A stretch of DNA of 64,000 nucleotides, from positions 57,847-121,846 of the IMG/VR virus record IMGVR_UViG_3300023184_003849. One strand, given 5' to 3'. Below are positions 31,701 to 40,556 of this stretch, piece by piece. The translations under genes and the position numbers were made by a program. The DNA is from a virus. How positions within the stretch are numbered: the first letter of the stretch is position 1; each line of letters begins with the position of its first letter. The notes beneath the pieces were generated by a model. The model was not told the DNA's origin. It did not search any database and was given only the letters and a program-made list of their open reading frames with translations.

Positions 31701-34700
31701 GGTATAATCTGTTGTGCGGAACTGTCCAGGCATAACTTCAGTGGCCACGAGGGGCACAGGATTACCATCCAGTTTCAAATTGTTGTATATTCTGGTTTCA
31801 AATTCCAACAACACTTGATCACGCAAGTCACCAAAAGCCACAGTGATACTTCCATCGTGGCCGCGTATGACTCTTCTGGGCGTGACATAAGTGGTATCAA
31901 TATAGGTCTCGGGCACAAACGCAGGATACAAACCCAGTTTGGTTGGAGTATTGGGTACAAATGTACCGTATGTGTCAGCATATTCCTGTATCACCACTGT
32001 GTCGCCCACTGCTAGTGGTATGGTAATGGTCAACGTTGGTGCATCTGTTGCCACCACATATTCAATACCTCTTGTGAGCAGTCGGTCATTCACATACACA
32101 GATAATCCCAAATAGTTGGCAGAAGTGTAGTTGTATACTTGTGCAAGGTCAAAAGTATCTGTGGTAATAAAACTGATCACTGTTGAAGATTGTGTGTACA
32201 CATTGCTGGCAGGCAACATGTCACTCCAATAAAATGGATTTGCACTGGTACGTCCAGCCACAAGATCAGTCACTACAGCAGTGAGTATTTCAGGCACAGT
32301 CATATTCACATAATCGCCAGACACAGCGGCATTCAACAATTGTGCTTTGTACTTTTCGTATTCTCTTGAATTAAATTCAAGACTGGCAAATATATTGTAG
32401 TTGGCACTGCGCAAAAAATAACCTGCCAATGTCATTGGTGCGCTTTGTTGTAGTATGTTCAAGCCAAATGGTATGATATTGCCAAGGTCGCGTGAATTGT
32501 TGGCTCCATTTATTTTTCCTGTCAAGCCAATCAAGTTTTGTCCAATGGTATCGTAGTGGGTCCGTATAGTGCCTAGTGTGAGATTGGCAGCATTCTCATT
32601 CAAGGGATTGTTTTCAAGATTGACAGGAACTTGGTAAAAACCCACAGCACTGACTTGGTCACTCAAGACCAACACTTCAATTATTTGTCCTGGCACAATT
32701 AGGGTGGTAGTAGGAAATGTGATAGTGGTAGTATTAGTTGTTGTTGTATAGGTATAAGAGCCTGGATCCTGGAACTCACTGTCCACATAGATCTTGATAG
32801 ACGGAACTGTGTCTACTGGCAAGGCTGCCACATCCAACAACAAAGGTGTGTTAGAGGCGTAAGTAAAACTAAACTGCTGATAGATCTTGCTCTTGACTGC
32901 GGCCGTTTGCCAACCTATTTCTTTGGTATAAACAGTGCGATTGGCATACTGTCTTACAAATCCAATGCTGATATTTTTGGTATAACTTATGTCATTTTGC
33001 ACATAAAGAAATGTGTCAGCATAGAGGTTGTTGTCAAAAACAATATCACCTATGTTGTTGAGACTGAGATACCGTAGAGGAAAACCCAACACAGTATCGT
33101 CTAGACCCGGCCCTAAAGCATAACTAAACAATTTGCTGCCTGCAAATGTACTGCTAGGATAGGCCACAGGATTGCCAAGACTGTAGCCATTGGTGTCAAA
33201 TACATCAAACAACGGTGCTTGATTTACTCCAGTTTTTTGTTGTGCCCGAATCCATTGCACACCATCATAATAAAAACTTATACCTTGCAAGGTGATGCCG
33301 CTGAGACAGACCACTGTTTGGTCAACCAGCACATCAGCATCTGAGGCAGGAACCAGATTGATCACTGGATATGAGAATGAACTGCCATCGTCACTGAAAG
33401 TAACAAATTCTACCACATAAATTTTGTTTCTTACGTCTGGATCGGTGTCACCAGCAAATATAACTCTAGTTCCCTCAACAAAAGTGTATCCATCTACACC
33501 ATAACCCACTGTGCCATTTATGGTGCTGAGAGCATCTGTTGTGGCAAAATCAATGATGTCCACAGGTTGTTTGCCTTGTGTGCCCATGTGCCATAATCTA
33601 GTTCCACCGCGGAATTCCAAAATAGGTCGCTTGGCCCTGTAGGCATTGTCAAGCACAGGTATTGTGTTATTGTAAGTGGCTGCGGCTGAAATTACGTCAA
33701 CATGAAACCAACGATTGCTACGGCTCCAGGCATTCAAGTCTGGTGAGTCCAATGCCATGGTAAGGTAGTCAGGCACCAAAGGCTGATTCAAACTGGCATC
33801 AAAATTACCCACGTCATAAGGTACAGAATCAAAAGGCACGGTGGCACTTTGAGTGTAGGTTTCAGGTGTGACATAATTGGTGACTGGCAATAATTGAATT
33901 GCTGTGCCAACTCCTGACACGTAGTATTCTTGATTGGTATAACTGCTGGGCACAACCGGAGCAAGAAATTGCACTTTGAGATTGTTGGTAAACACCACAC
34001 CATTGGGGCTGGTGTAATTTTTCTTGCCCAAGATATCTGTTGCAACATTGATAGTGGAACTGTCCGCTTGATCCACTAATCTAATTTGTCCAAAGATGTC
34101 TGGATTGGTGCCATCTTGATACCATAACACATCTTTGATTGCAGTCAATAGCGGAACCTGAGAGATCACACTGCTGGCATCATTGTACCAAGTGGTACTG
34201 GCCCACTGTGTGCCAAACAACACGTCAAATTTTGTCAATGTGCTCAGTGTAGAAATAGGCAACAAGTTTACAATAGGCAAATTGTTGATGTCATAGGAGT
34301 ATTGAATCTGCCAAACGTTGTTGGTTGGAAATGTTGGACTGGTTGTGAATACCAATGTTTTGTTGTTGAGATTGGTTATGCCATCTATGCCACCATAGTC
34401 AGCAATGATGTCGCTGAGATACATGCCGTTCAACTGATCATAACTCAAATCACTCAGCAGGTCTACATTACCTATGCTGACAAGATCATAATAGAACTGT
34501 TGTGCATTTTTGAATGGCACATAAAAAGTCACTGTGCCTAGATCTTCGCCATTGTTGGTCACTCCCATCACACTTCTACTGCTGATGTTAGGTGCATAAG
34601 GCAATTGACCATTGATGCCAGGATCAGTTTGAATCCAGAATGGATTTCCAGTCTGGCTCACTTCAAAAGTGTAATTGCCCCCACGTACCAGCGTTATGGT

Positions 34701-35222
34701 AGGATTATTGCCTATTGCTCCACTGAACGTGTATGAGTTGGTACCACGAACAACTGAGAAATTGTCTGTCAAAGGTATTGCTGTGGCAAACACATTTACA
34801 GCATCAGGTCCTGCCGGTAACCAATAGTACTGACTGTAGTTTACAAACTTGTCAAAACTTACAAAGGGATCCCAGGTATAATAATCACTGGTATACAGTC
34901 GATCACTGTTGTTGGTCACTGCACCTTGTATTGCCAGAGAGTCTGTGATACCTGGATAAGTGATGGCATCTTGTATCTCTTCAGTGTCGGGTTTGAGACT
35001 GATAACACCAGGCTCCAATTGATAGTTGGCTCGAGTGGCATTGGGTTCTAGCACATAGTAATCATTGGGGTTGACCCCCGGACCAACCCTGCGTCCAACA
35101 TAACCCTGTACTTTTTCAAATGCAGGTTCTTGAACCAACTGATCAAGCGTGGCATTTAAAAATTGTTTGTTAGGAACAGTCTGAAATATTTCAGGTAAAA
35201 AATCAACAGTGCGTATGGCCAT
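22755..35222 (-). CDS. Giant baseplate wedge / virion structural protein (4155 aa) with FG-GAP-like repeats
   Basis: Follows the gp6-like gene with TAATG coupling; YIQEVKPYHVQIR wedge-like motif; seven FG..V..(V/I/A)G(A/S/C)(P/S) repeats; GGSGY..AP repeats. Confidence 0.8.
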   Translation of the reverse strand: MAIRTVDFLPEIFQTVPNKQFLNATLDQLVQEPAFEKVQGYVGRRVGPGVNPNDYYVLEPNATRANYQLEPGVISLKPDTEEIQDAITYPGITDSLAIQGAVTNNSDRLYTSDYYTWDPFVSFDKFVNYSQYYWLPAGPDAVNVFATAIPLTDNFSVVRGTNSYTFSGAIGNNPTITLVRGGNYTFEVSQTGNPFWIQTDPGINGQLPYAPNISSRSVMGVTNNGEDLGTVTFYVPFKNAQQFYYDLVSIGNVDLLSDLSYDQLNGMYLSDIIADYGGIDGITNLNNKTLVFTTSPTFPTNNVWQIQYSYDINNLPIVNLLPISTLSTLTKFDVLFGTQWASTTWYNDASSVISQVPLLTAIKDVLWYQDGTNPDIFGQIRLVDQADSSTINVATDILGKKNYTSPNGVVFTNNLKVQFLAPVVPSSYTNQEYYVSGVGTAIQLLPVTNYVTPETYTQSATVPFDSVPYDVGNFDASLNQPLVPDYLTMALDSPDLNAWSRSNRWFHVDVISAAATYNNTIPVLDNAYRAKRPILEFRGGTRLWHMGTQGKQPVDIIDFATTDALSTINGTVGYGVDGYTFVEGTRVIFAGDTDPDVRNKIYVVEFVTFSDDGSSFSYPVINLVPASDADVLVDQTVVCLSGITLQGISFYYDGVQWIRAQQKTGVNQAPLFDVFDTNGYSLGNPVAYPSSTFAGSKLFSYALGPGLDDTVLGFPLRYLSLNNIGDIVFDNNLYADTFLYVQNDISYTKNISIGFVRQYANRTVYTKEIGWQTAAVKSKIYQQFSFTYASNTPLLLDVAALPVDTVPSIKIYVDSEFQDPGSYTYTTTTNTTTITFPTTTLIVPGQIIEVLVLSDQVSAVGFYQVPVNLENNPLNENAANLTLGTIRTHYDTIGQNLIGLTGKINGANNSRDLGNIIPFGLNILQQSAPMTLAGYFLRSANYNIFASLEFNSREYEKYKAQLLNAAVSGDYVNMTVPEILTAVVTDLVAGRTSANPFYWSDMLPASNVYTQSSTVISFITTDTFDLAQVYNYTSANYLGLSVYVNDRLLTRGIEYVVATDAPTLTITIPLAVGDTVVIQEYADTYGTFVPNTPTKLGLYPAFVPETYIDTTYVTPRRVIRGHDGSITVAFGDLRDQVLLEFETRIYNNLKLDGNPVPLVATEVMPGQFRTTDYTLEEITGIESQDFLTWVGWNKLDYKSQDYLPNNGFTWNYSTASNKLTANQPLAVGAWRGIYNYFYDTISPNTRPWEMLGFSVMPSWWEAEYGPAPYTSGNLVLWDDLAAGLVRDPVAPYVLPQYARPQLTQVIPSGSEGALLPPIETVVGNFNSNNFQRNWAVGDDAPVENAWRTSSAYPFAIMRLLALTRPAEFFSLFADRDLYRYNAELGQYLYNGRYRLDANGIEVYGNGVSKASYIDWIVDFNRVSGINSTDALTADLKNLDVRLCYRMAAFTGKNLLEIYTEKSSPNSLNSSLLLPDESYNLLFYKNVPFDQLTYSSIIVQSTANGWAVYGYSTIQPYFDILVSKVNGVLSTISAGGFEVRVPVSYSDQVVQVPYGYTFTNRTLVADFLLSYGALLQEQGLVFNQMENGYVLDWNQMVSEFLYWSGQGWAEGSIINLNPGATQIIVERPEAIVDSIALQTTENMVLNADRTPFATRDLVVERLDNTFTLRSLTADTINYFHIKFTSYENMVVLDNQSIFADLIYYPATGARQSRIRLIGSVTQDWNGQLNAPGFILNQDNVKEWEPLRKYARGEIVLYKNFYYSAVDIVQPKPKFDFNNWTRSDYTLIQQGLLPNLPNKSDQLANTYNVYQANLELNQDLFAYNLIGFKPREYMVALNLDSTSQVNLYRQFLGTKGTVRAAEIFTFADLGRGVNEYQIYENWAVQRGVYGANANRSFYEIRLNEALLTSNPSLVQVVVPGETSQAEQTVLVNDIWNQSYKITSPDILTTTLVKKTDTVLPSAGYVNIDDVDITVFNIDNTASLAADLNNVNVGSIVWVAKINDYDWGIYRTAQAQGKVTQVNSNLNGTAVVTFSQAHGLTVDNILLIKYFGSGVDGVYRVINVPNIFQVTIAFSFLQIDQIVATGTGTAFTLQSQRVAQGSDIVDLPYANNLLVGDYVWIDDNGGGLWQVVQKQQVFQTTGQITVDSPVANSDFGAAVDQAHENVYAIVGAPSYGDTQSGAVYTFVRTSGNPFTQNSRIECDNPGTYGFGSCVSIGSQTWAAVGAPDSIGSDSSANSGYVGIIYRFPNSPTFLLSNLLTVPDDTYIDSGSEFGTSVVVSADEHWMYIGAPGINQVFAYSLVEVQNQLVQYTTNGTQFVFQYNNDVIIDSGEYQQLFVVLNNQLLTYSTDYTVTDTTVVLNSIPVQDLVLKIGRRVEKTFTGNGVTLTFSLNEYLYSAKNIYSFKVTVNGTIQRPNIDYSFDTATRNITFTVAPTGTVDVITQSYYTYVDALAPQGLAANARFGQSVSCSTDGRQVIVGCSGDSYNSVSGAGAVYVYDRSVQRFIVTSNTQTVYTTDAPLVSPTSVILNNEFLSDTAGSTSSEYTVTGANEITLASPAAVGDILEIEINTFSLLQIIGSNAAFENANYGQAVDLCRYNCSLYAGAPQDGSILPQAGAVERQVNQSRVYGVTTSTINARLNPGNTIRINNMEVALSAPVSWNSALTFAVDTIVEYNQGLWIAVQTVPVGTSLNDTNYWTPSSWAAVLAQDINNSTVPNVIAYAGSVPGTQGFGLLTISVENTDAAVSGNKLTVLPGLIGNIFDSMVFETFVYTQTIVSPYPVAYAGFGSAVNIDTSALTLTVGAPRGNLYRPTTFDSGNTYFDSKTTAFVGPLVQSGAVYTYDYFASATDSAATPGKFAFGLQIYDQTVSELDRYGTAVDYTNGILLAGSPGDDLGDSTLIAQNYGAVSIFNNPDLSPSWRVTNLQQPVVDVSLINGVFTYDRITSAKTAFLDFFDPLQGKILGAARQNIDYIGAVDPAAYNVGAKNNNGRIWATSYVGQIWWDTNSVRFIDPNQDDIVYAARRWGQTFPGSSVDVYQWTASSVPPANYAGPGVPKNTVNYSVTTGLNTAGVFATTYYFWVKNITTINTTIGKTLSPSGIARYIADPRSSGIPYVAFVSPSATAIYNAQDQLSASDTVISIEFDRQFTDNNVHVQYDLLPQDRADGFLPDNLYQKLQDSLCGADPLGALVPDPGLSPAQRYGVQFRPRQSMFDNRFLALQNYLQYVNAVLLQYPISEIRSFNLLNSSEPEPQTGTGAWNKRVANIEELSYQDLVQVPVGYKYLVVSDSTQNGLWTIYTVTTPKTFATLFLSRVQNYDTRNYWEYVTWYLPGYNSSVKIIAEVSNVATLNTLSLTAAPVGSSVKVTANSQGKFEIYLRTNTGWDRVGLQDGTIQFLAELWDYALGRYGFDVEVFDAQHFDQEPVTETRKIIQAINEQLLIGDLLIERNRALILMFNFVLSEFEAPEWLTKTSLIDVDHKIRQLIPYQTYQRDNQDFVLNYIQEVKPYHVQIREFNLIYNGLDVYQGTLADFDLPAFYNTTQVPNQYMSPVLTPYTLSTATGTGHPSTYSDVDPDSALWQTQPYSFWFENYTLSIQDVVIADGGSGYTVAPELTVTGDCVSQATMTATVNSAGVISSVTITDPGSGYTSTAIITVSGGNGTGGRIVAVMGNDLVRSINTTIRYDRYQYTTTIETWQANVAYDNGVQVRYDNRVWQANSGDSTPVQSAEFDPDNWLLIPASALSGVDRTMGYYVPGPNEPGLDLPLLIDGIAYPGVQVLAPTFSQNTGFDVGNFDINPFDNISYGPEGRPTYDPAILDAIYESSFLDPYLGTRATDINVDGGQFVGPYESHAPEELVPGAVFDTLDFRVYSRQFNLSYGDGSTTGPYYAPTASLDVEVAVNNVVISPDQYTVSSDSTVAEVTFNTAPANGSVIVVLESDPITGLELRIFQDMRGVQATYRMTSATTTELVQTLYADQDTIYVNDAGALAEPDLANNIWGVLTVNGERIMYRQRDTITNTVSSLLRGTAGTAVTLHSTGDTVYNLNRDNLAPVEYQDHYEGSNTLADGTTTIFTADVDLSQEDSTFDEQAVLVYVGGLLQTSGYSVTGDNPVTVQFTTAPTAGYQVTIQVRQGLSWYGAGSTTAYDGVGLEYTNTEAAEFFRG

Positions 35223-38200
35223 TAGATCACTCCACTGCCAGGAGCAGTTCTAATATTTGTGCTGGTCAATGCTGTAATTACTTCTACACTTGAAACTCCG
35301 GCACCATTCACAAATATTTCACTAGGCGCACTGCGTATTTCATACAAATCACCAAAACTCTTTAAAGGGTCCAAAGGAACCAATACCACTGAACTGACCA
35401 CTCCGCCCATGTTGGAATGAATATAGGCCGCCAGTTCTGAAAAATAAAACGTTTGTCCAAAATCCCATTTGTCAATACTGAAATAAGTGTTGAGATTGGC
35501 TATCACTAGATTTTTTATTTCACTTTCGCTGGCTGTGCTGTCGGCAGCACGAATTACCTTGATTGTGGCTTGCAGTTCTTTGGCTGCTTTGGGACCAAAC
35601 AAGGGTTTGAATACCACGCTGTTCACAATCACATTGTCGCTGATCATCTTGTAGTCATTGAGTCCCTGATAGGCCGTGCTGAGTTCGTCTATGGTAGGCA
35701 CAGGAGGTTTGGGCACTGTGTTGGTGGTGTCCTTGATCCAGTTTTGATAGGCAAAATAATAGGCTTGATTGACCACATACAGATCAATTATGTTGGTTGT
35801 GCCTGGGTCAATTCTACTGGTCAGTGGCGCATTGTGTCTGTATTGATAGTAGAGACTTTGACGACCGGTTCTGGCCAGCCATTCGTTGCTGACTTCTAGC
35901 AAACTGCGCACACCTGTGCCGCTGATGATCAGTTGATAAAAAGCACCCACTTGACCGGCCAAGGGTCCAATGCCAATGGTTTGGTTGTAGGCATAGAAAA
36001 TCTGTCCGGGCACAAACTGTGTCATGACCACTTCTATATCATCTTTGGTAGCATATTCTGAAACCACGCGGCCTGGTTCAACCAACAAATAACGTTGCAG
36101 ATTGTCAAAGTCCACGGTCTTTTCAAAGAAAACAAGTTTGGTGGTGGGATTTACAGTGGGTGCCACTATTTCATCAAAGAAGTCAGGATCATCTGGAACG
36201 CCATCTGAATCTGAGTCTTGATAACTCACAAACACCTGATAGTCATCCACAAAACCGTCGCTCTCAACTGGTTGTCCCACAATAGCCAATTTGATATCTC
36301 CGGGCAAGGGCACATTGGTATCGGGTTGTGAATTGGTTTTGAGAACATTTACAAAATCAGAGATCACAGTGCCGGTACGGCTATCATATATGCGTTGGTT
36401 GGTTTCAAAGAAAAATCTGGTTTGAATCACTGATCCAAACAAATAAAACAGCGCACGACTGGTTACTGAATAGGTGGTTCCGTTGCTGACAAATTGTATC
36501 AACCAAGAAGCATCTTGATTGGTACCAGATGTTGATTGTGCATTGGTCAAACTGAATGTGGCATCCACTGCTAGATTTGTGCTTGTGATCACATACCACG
36601 TGGCAGTGGTATTGTTGTAGCCAAGACCAAAATTGCGATTCAACAATATCTGATTGGTTATATCAGTGATATTGGTTGTGGTGAAATCTGTCACGAACAA
36701 CGGAATCACTGCTACAGGTATGGCACCAGTAGGCACAAAATTATTCAAAGTCACTGGGCCTGTGCCATCAGCAAAATTGCCTTGACCTTGATTGGTTCCG
36801 TCCAGCACTATGGCTGTGGGACTGGCCCACAGTATCAGTTTGTCATTGTCTTGACTGGGCGTGCCTAGTTTGAGTCTGTTGTTGCCGTCAAAATAGTAAC
36901 CAGTGGGAGGTGCAAACTGTACCAAAGCACCAACTTGTATGTATTTGCTTGCTGTACTGCTGAATGTGCCAATGGCAGCAGGATTACCTAGAGAATTGAC
37001 AAAATAACCAGTGGTCTCGTTGGCCAGTGTAGTACTCTGATTCCAGGTAAAATTCAAAACTGTTAGATTGGGTCTTGGAAAATTTGCGTAGTAGAATTGA
37101 TCCAGACCAGTGGACACCAACAGAGGTTGTACACTGTCAGTTATCACTGTGGCAATGTCATTGCGTGTTAGCCATGTGAAGTCAAATGTTGGCAGTTGAT
37201 TTTCTTGCCACAAGGCACCGTCACTGCCAAAAGAATTGGTACTGGAATACTTGCCTGTGTTGTCTACTAGATCAAGATATCGTGAAGTGCCAATTGAGGC
37301 TCGGTTTAGAGCCTTGCTTTTGATAATTGAATTGTACAAGGTAAACGGAAAGTTGTTGTAGTCTTCACCGTTGACCATGCGGTTCTGTGTGTAGTATCTA
37401 GCCGGCGCACGTTGTTTGATTTCGTCTAGAGTCTCTCTAGGTTGTGCATTGCTCACAGGCTGTGTGATACCGCAAGTGAAAGTGATTGTTTCCAATTGCC
37501 CTGTACGACTCACATAACTGATGGGTATGACCACACTCTGCATTTCTTCTGGATTGATAATGTAGGCCAAACCGTTTGAGGCTCGAACATAGGCACGGAA
37601 CGTGCCCACAGGAATAGTACTGAATACTCCATCTCCGAATGTCAATGTGATTTGATCATTGGTTCTGCTGACCACTGAAAAAAGTTTTCTTTGATCAGGT
37701 GCCAGTTGTTCTGCGGCTGCCGCATACACACTCTGCACATACTGCCATTCAAATTGCACATTTCCCACTGTGTCCAGTTGATACAGCCAACGATCTTCGT
37801 TGTTGACACCTTCTATGTTGATGTTTACTGTGCGATTGGCAATGCGTTCGCCAAGATTGAAATCTTGATTTTGCAACACGCCCTGTTTGAAGTAAAAGAA
37901 GTATCCGGTGTTGGCACTGGCAAAGCCCAGTTGATCATTGCGGAACAAGAGGTTGAAAATACCGTTGGGCAAGGGACTGGGTTCATACACATAGTCTCGC
38001 CCCACAGAAGTGGAACTCACTGCCTCAAATGGCATGTTGATGCCGTCTACTGTGGCTGTGTAAGGAATTACTGGCAAGTAACCAGGCACCAGGTTGATGC
38101 TGTATTCAGATGTGTCAACTCCCACAATGGTTTGTTTGGCGCCAGGACGGCCCACACGTTGTGTGTCCACCAAGGCAGCATTCAAAACCGCAGTAAACTG

Positions 38201-38662
38201 TTCTACCCAGTTGAAGTTTGTGGGATCATTCCAGTTTATGGTTACATTGGCTAGATTAACACCGTTGAAGTCAGTGACATTTTCAGTAGTTTGCACCGAA
38301 AACACTTTGAGATAACCTTGTGCGGCTTGATTGCGCTTGGGAGTATAACTTACCAGTTCTGCCAGTTTGACCACGCTGTCTCTGCGCTCGGCTGTGCCTA
38401 GATAGTTTTCTCTGGTGTTGAGATCATTGCGGAAACTCATGGCTTGACCCATGAACGCAATCACATCCAGCATGGCAATAAATTCTGAACTTTCAATGTA
38501 GTCATTGAAACTTTCAGGATAATACTGACGTATGTAATCTACAAAACTCTTGCGCAGGGTTTCAAAGTCATAACTTTGAAAGTCTGCTTCGCGGTAGGTT
38601 TGATAGATTCGCTTCCAATCTTCAACGCCAAATACAACTGTTTGTCTTGTGGTACGTGCCAT
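35222..38662 (-). CDS. gp6: Baseplate wedge subunit (T4 gp6-like)
   Basis: YDFETLR..Y..Y.PE.FNDY.ESSE...ENYLGTA.RR.SV..LA..VSY.P; FGDGVF; ET...IK..AP..YYTQNRMV..EDY. Confidence 0.85.
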   Translation of the reverse strand: MARTTRQTVVFGVEDWKRIYQTYREADFQSYDFETLRKSFVDYIRQYYPESFNDYIESSEFIAMLDVIAFMGQAMSFRNDLNTRENYLGTAERRDSVVKLAELVSYTPKRNQAAQGYLKVFSVQTTENVTDFNGVNLANVTINWNDPTNFNWVEQFTAVLNAALVDTQRVGRPGAKQTIVGVDTSEYSINLVPGYLPVIPYTATVDGINMPFEAVSSTSVGRDYVYEPSPLPNGIFNLLFRNDQLGFASANTGYFFYFKQGVLQNQDFNLGERIANRTVNINIEGVNNEDRWLYQLDTVGNVQFEWQYVQSVYAAAAEQLAPDQRKLFSVVSRTNDQITLTFGDGVFSTIPVGTFRAYVRASNGLAYIINPEEMQSVVIPISYVSRTGQLETITFTCGITQPVSNAQPRETLDEIKQRAPARYYTQNRMVNGEDYNNFPFTLYNSIIKSKALNRASIGTSRYLDLVDNTGKYSSTNSFGSDGALWQENQLPTFDFTWLTRNDIATVITDSVQPLLVSTGLDQFYYANFPRPNLTVLNFTWNQSTTLANETTGYFVNSLGNPAAIGTFSSTASKYIQVGALVQFAPPTGYYFDGNNRLKLGTPSQDNDKLILWASPTAIVLDGTNQGQGNFADGTGPVTLNNFVPTGAIPVAVIPLFVTDFTTTNITDITNQILLNRNFGLGYNNTTATWYVITSTNLAVDATFSLTNAQSTSGTNQDASWLIQFVSNGTTYSVTSRALFYLFGSVIQTRFFFETNQRIYDSRTGTVISDFVNVLKTNSQPDTNVPLPGDIKLAIVGQPVESDGFVDDYQVFVSYQDSDSDGVPDDPDFFDEIVAPTVNPTTKLVFFEKTVDFDNLQRYLLVEPGRVVSEYATKDDIEVVMTQFVPGQIFYAYNQTIGIGPLAGQVGAFYQLIISGTGVRSLLEVSNEWLARTGRQSLYYQYRHNAPLTSRIDPGTTNIIDLYVVNQAYYFAYQNWIKDTTNTVPKPPVPTIDELSTAYQGLNDYKMISDNVIVNSVVFKPLFGPKAAKELQATIKVIRAADSTASESEIKNLVIANLNTYFSIDKWDFGQTFYFSELAAYIHSNMGGVVSSVVLVPLDPLKSFGDLYEIRSAPSEIFVNGAGVSSVEVITALTSTNIRTAPGSGVI

Positions 38663-38678
38663 AATGTTCCGTTTCTTT

Positions 38679-38684
38679 TATTTA
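38679..38684 (-). promoter_or_regulatory. Late promoter core TAAATA inside a hairpin loop upstream of gp6
   Basis: TAAATA 16 nt before ATG 38662, flanked by the inverted repeat 38669-38679 / 38690-38700. Confidence 0.55.
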
Positions 38685-38705
38685 TTGCAAAAATAAACGG
38701 CGTAG

Positions 38706-39080
38706 TTATACGTAACTGGCTCGTCTTGTTTCTTGATCAAAAAATATGCTCAGTTGTTCTGCTGTGGTACCTGGCACTATTTGCACTTGCAATTCTATCA
38801 AGACTCCGTTTTGCTGGGGATAATAATTTATATCGCTAAGGTATACTCTTGGGTCACCGCCGGCTATGCGCTGTATTTCAGCAATTGTGGCCTGTTCAGT
38901 TGTGATGTCTTGATTTTCAAACACATAGTCCAGCAGTGTTGATCCATAATCAGGTCGGCCAGGCAGTGTGCCTTGGCGGATGTTGAATGCATTCAAGAGA
39001 TCACGTTTGACCAATTCACCATCTGTTAGTGTGAATTTTTTGTATTGATTGATGGTGCTGTATCCTATAAATGTGGCCAT
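38706..39080 (-). CDS. gp25: Baseplate wedge subunit (gp25-like)
   Basis: LTD.ELVKRDLLNAFNIRQG..PG.PDYGS.L.D..FE...DPRV. Confidence 0.85.
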   Translation of the reverse strand: MATFIGYSTINQYKKFTLTDGELVKRDLLNAFNIRQGTLPGRPDYGSTLLDYVFENQDITTEQATIAEIQRIAGGDPRVYLSDINYYPQQNGVLIELQVQIVPGTTAEQLSIFFDQETRRASYV

Positions 39081-39084
39081 ACAG

Positions 39085-39092
39085 TATTTATA
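39085..39092 (-). promoter_or_regulatory. Perfect T4 late promoter TATAAATA
   Basis: TATAAATA-CTGT-ATG (39080). Confidence 0.7.
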
Positions 39093-39101
39093 TTTTTCAA
39101 A

Positions 39102-40556
39102 TTACCAGAAACTGGCAATAGCCTCAAAGGCTTCTGCGGCATACTCTTGTGCAATCTCAATGACTTCTTCTGCGTTTTCCAGCAAAGCAGACGCATCAAA
39201 GTCGGTGATTGCCGTGATGTCTAGTCCCAAGGCATCAAGCCCTTCTGAGAATATTGCTGTTCCATATTCTTGAAGTCCTGCTAAAACTTCTCCTGACCCA
39301 GGAATGTCTTTCAGCAAATCGCCAACTCCAGGTAAATTTTTTGCTTTATCCAGCAGACCAGCGGCGCCTTTTATTTCGCTCACTAGCCCTTGTCCTGATT
39401 TGAGCAGGCTCATGATGCTGTTTGTGCCCGGTATCTGACTCAGCGCAGCCACGCCTGCCGCTGTTGATGCCAACTGTGTGAGCAAGATTGACGCAGATTG
39501 GTTGATAGCACCCAGTTGTTGTGGTTGTGTTCTTATGTCAATTCCCAACGCAGGATTGGCAAAAATGTTTTTGGGTATTTTGTCATTGCCTATTATGCTG
39601 TTGAAAGCAGAGTCTATCACTGAACGATTTGCAGTGTTAGAATAGCCTTTGGGAGTTTGAACACCGGTTTGTAAAGGATTGCCACCACCGCTGACAGATT
39701 GATTGGCTTGACCAAAGTTGATGCCAAACACAGATTGAATAGCAGATGTGGTCAGTTTACCAATATCACTGCCGCCCACAGTATTGTTCAACCATGCGGT
39801 GGTGGCACTGATACCATAGTTGGCGGCATTGTTGACCACAGCACCAAGGTCAGTAGTGGAGCCAAATATGTTGTTTTTTGTGTTGGACACCACGCCTAGT
39901 TCGGTCAATTGATTGTAACTGCTGATCAAGGTACTCTGTTGTGCAACGCTTTGCAGTGTGGGATTGGCCAGCACAGAATCTAAATTTTCTGCGCCGCCCT
40001 GTCCGGTCCACACTGTGGGACTGCTGAGTATGTCAACAGTATTGGCAGGATCTTGATTGATCAATTCAGCCGTGCCCGGCTTGATCAAGCCTGCCTGTTG
40101 CAGTTGATCTGCTGTGAGACCATAAGTGCCCAGACCTTTTTCATTTGTGATTTCAGTGGCTGGTTGGTTCACTGCGGCGGCTGTGCTGGACAACAGTCCT
40201 TGTATCTGTGTGGCAGATAATGGCCCAACTGTGCCACTTGCCAACACTGGAGTGTTGACAAAGGTTGAGATTGTGGTGGGATTTTGAACAGGAAGATTTG
40301 GTATCTGGGTTATGGCCGCGCCAATTTGAGATACAGTGCTGGGTGTGACAGATCCTGTGACCTGGGCCAACGCAGTGGCCAGTCCGCCTCGAGCCTGTAC
40401 TAGACTGTTGAGAATATCACCTGCCTTAAGTCCGGTTAGGCTGCCAGTTGCATACTGTTTGTTAAAGATGGCCAGGGCTTGATCATAGGTGGAGCCGGCT
40501 GGTCCTGTGACTTCAATGGGTTGACCTAATGGAGTGACAAACTTGAATACGTTCAT
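39102..40556 (-). CDS. Baseplate hub-associated protein with a degenerate lysozyme-like domain
   Basis: Start at ATGA overlap 40556; GLGTYGL...L.QAGLIKPG...WTG..G...L..P.LQ segment; directly downstream of the gp5-like gene. Confidence 0.55.
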   Translation of the reverse strand: MNVFKFVTPLGQPIEVTGPAGSTYDQALAIFNKQYATGSLTGLKAGDILNSLVQARGGLATALAQVTGSVTPSTVSQIGAAITQIPNLPVQNPTTISTFVNTPVLASGTVGPLSATQIQGLLSSTAAAVNQPATEITNEKGLGTYGLTADQLQQAGLIKPGTAELINQDPANTVDILSSPTVWTGQGGAENLDSVLANPTLQSVAQQSTLISSYNQLTELGVVSNTKNNIFGSTTDLGAVVNNAANYGISATTAWLNNTVGGSDIGKLTTSAIQSVFGINFGQANQSVSGGGNPLQTGVQTPKGYSNTANRSVIDSAFNSIIGNDKIPKNIFANPALGIDIRTQPQQLGAINQSASILLTQLASTAAGVAALSQIPGTNSIMSLLKSGQGLVSEIKGAAGLLDKAKNLPGVGDLLKDIPGSGEVLAGLQEYGTAIFSEGLDALGLDITAITDFDASALLENAEEVIEIAQEYAAEAFEAIASFW

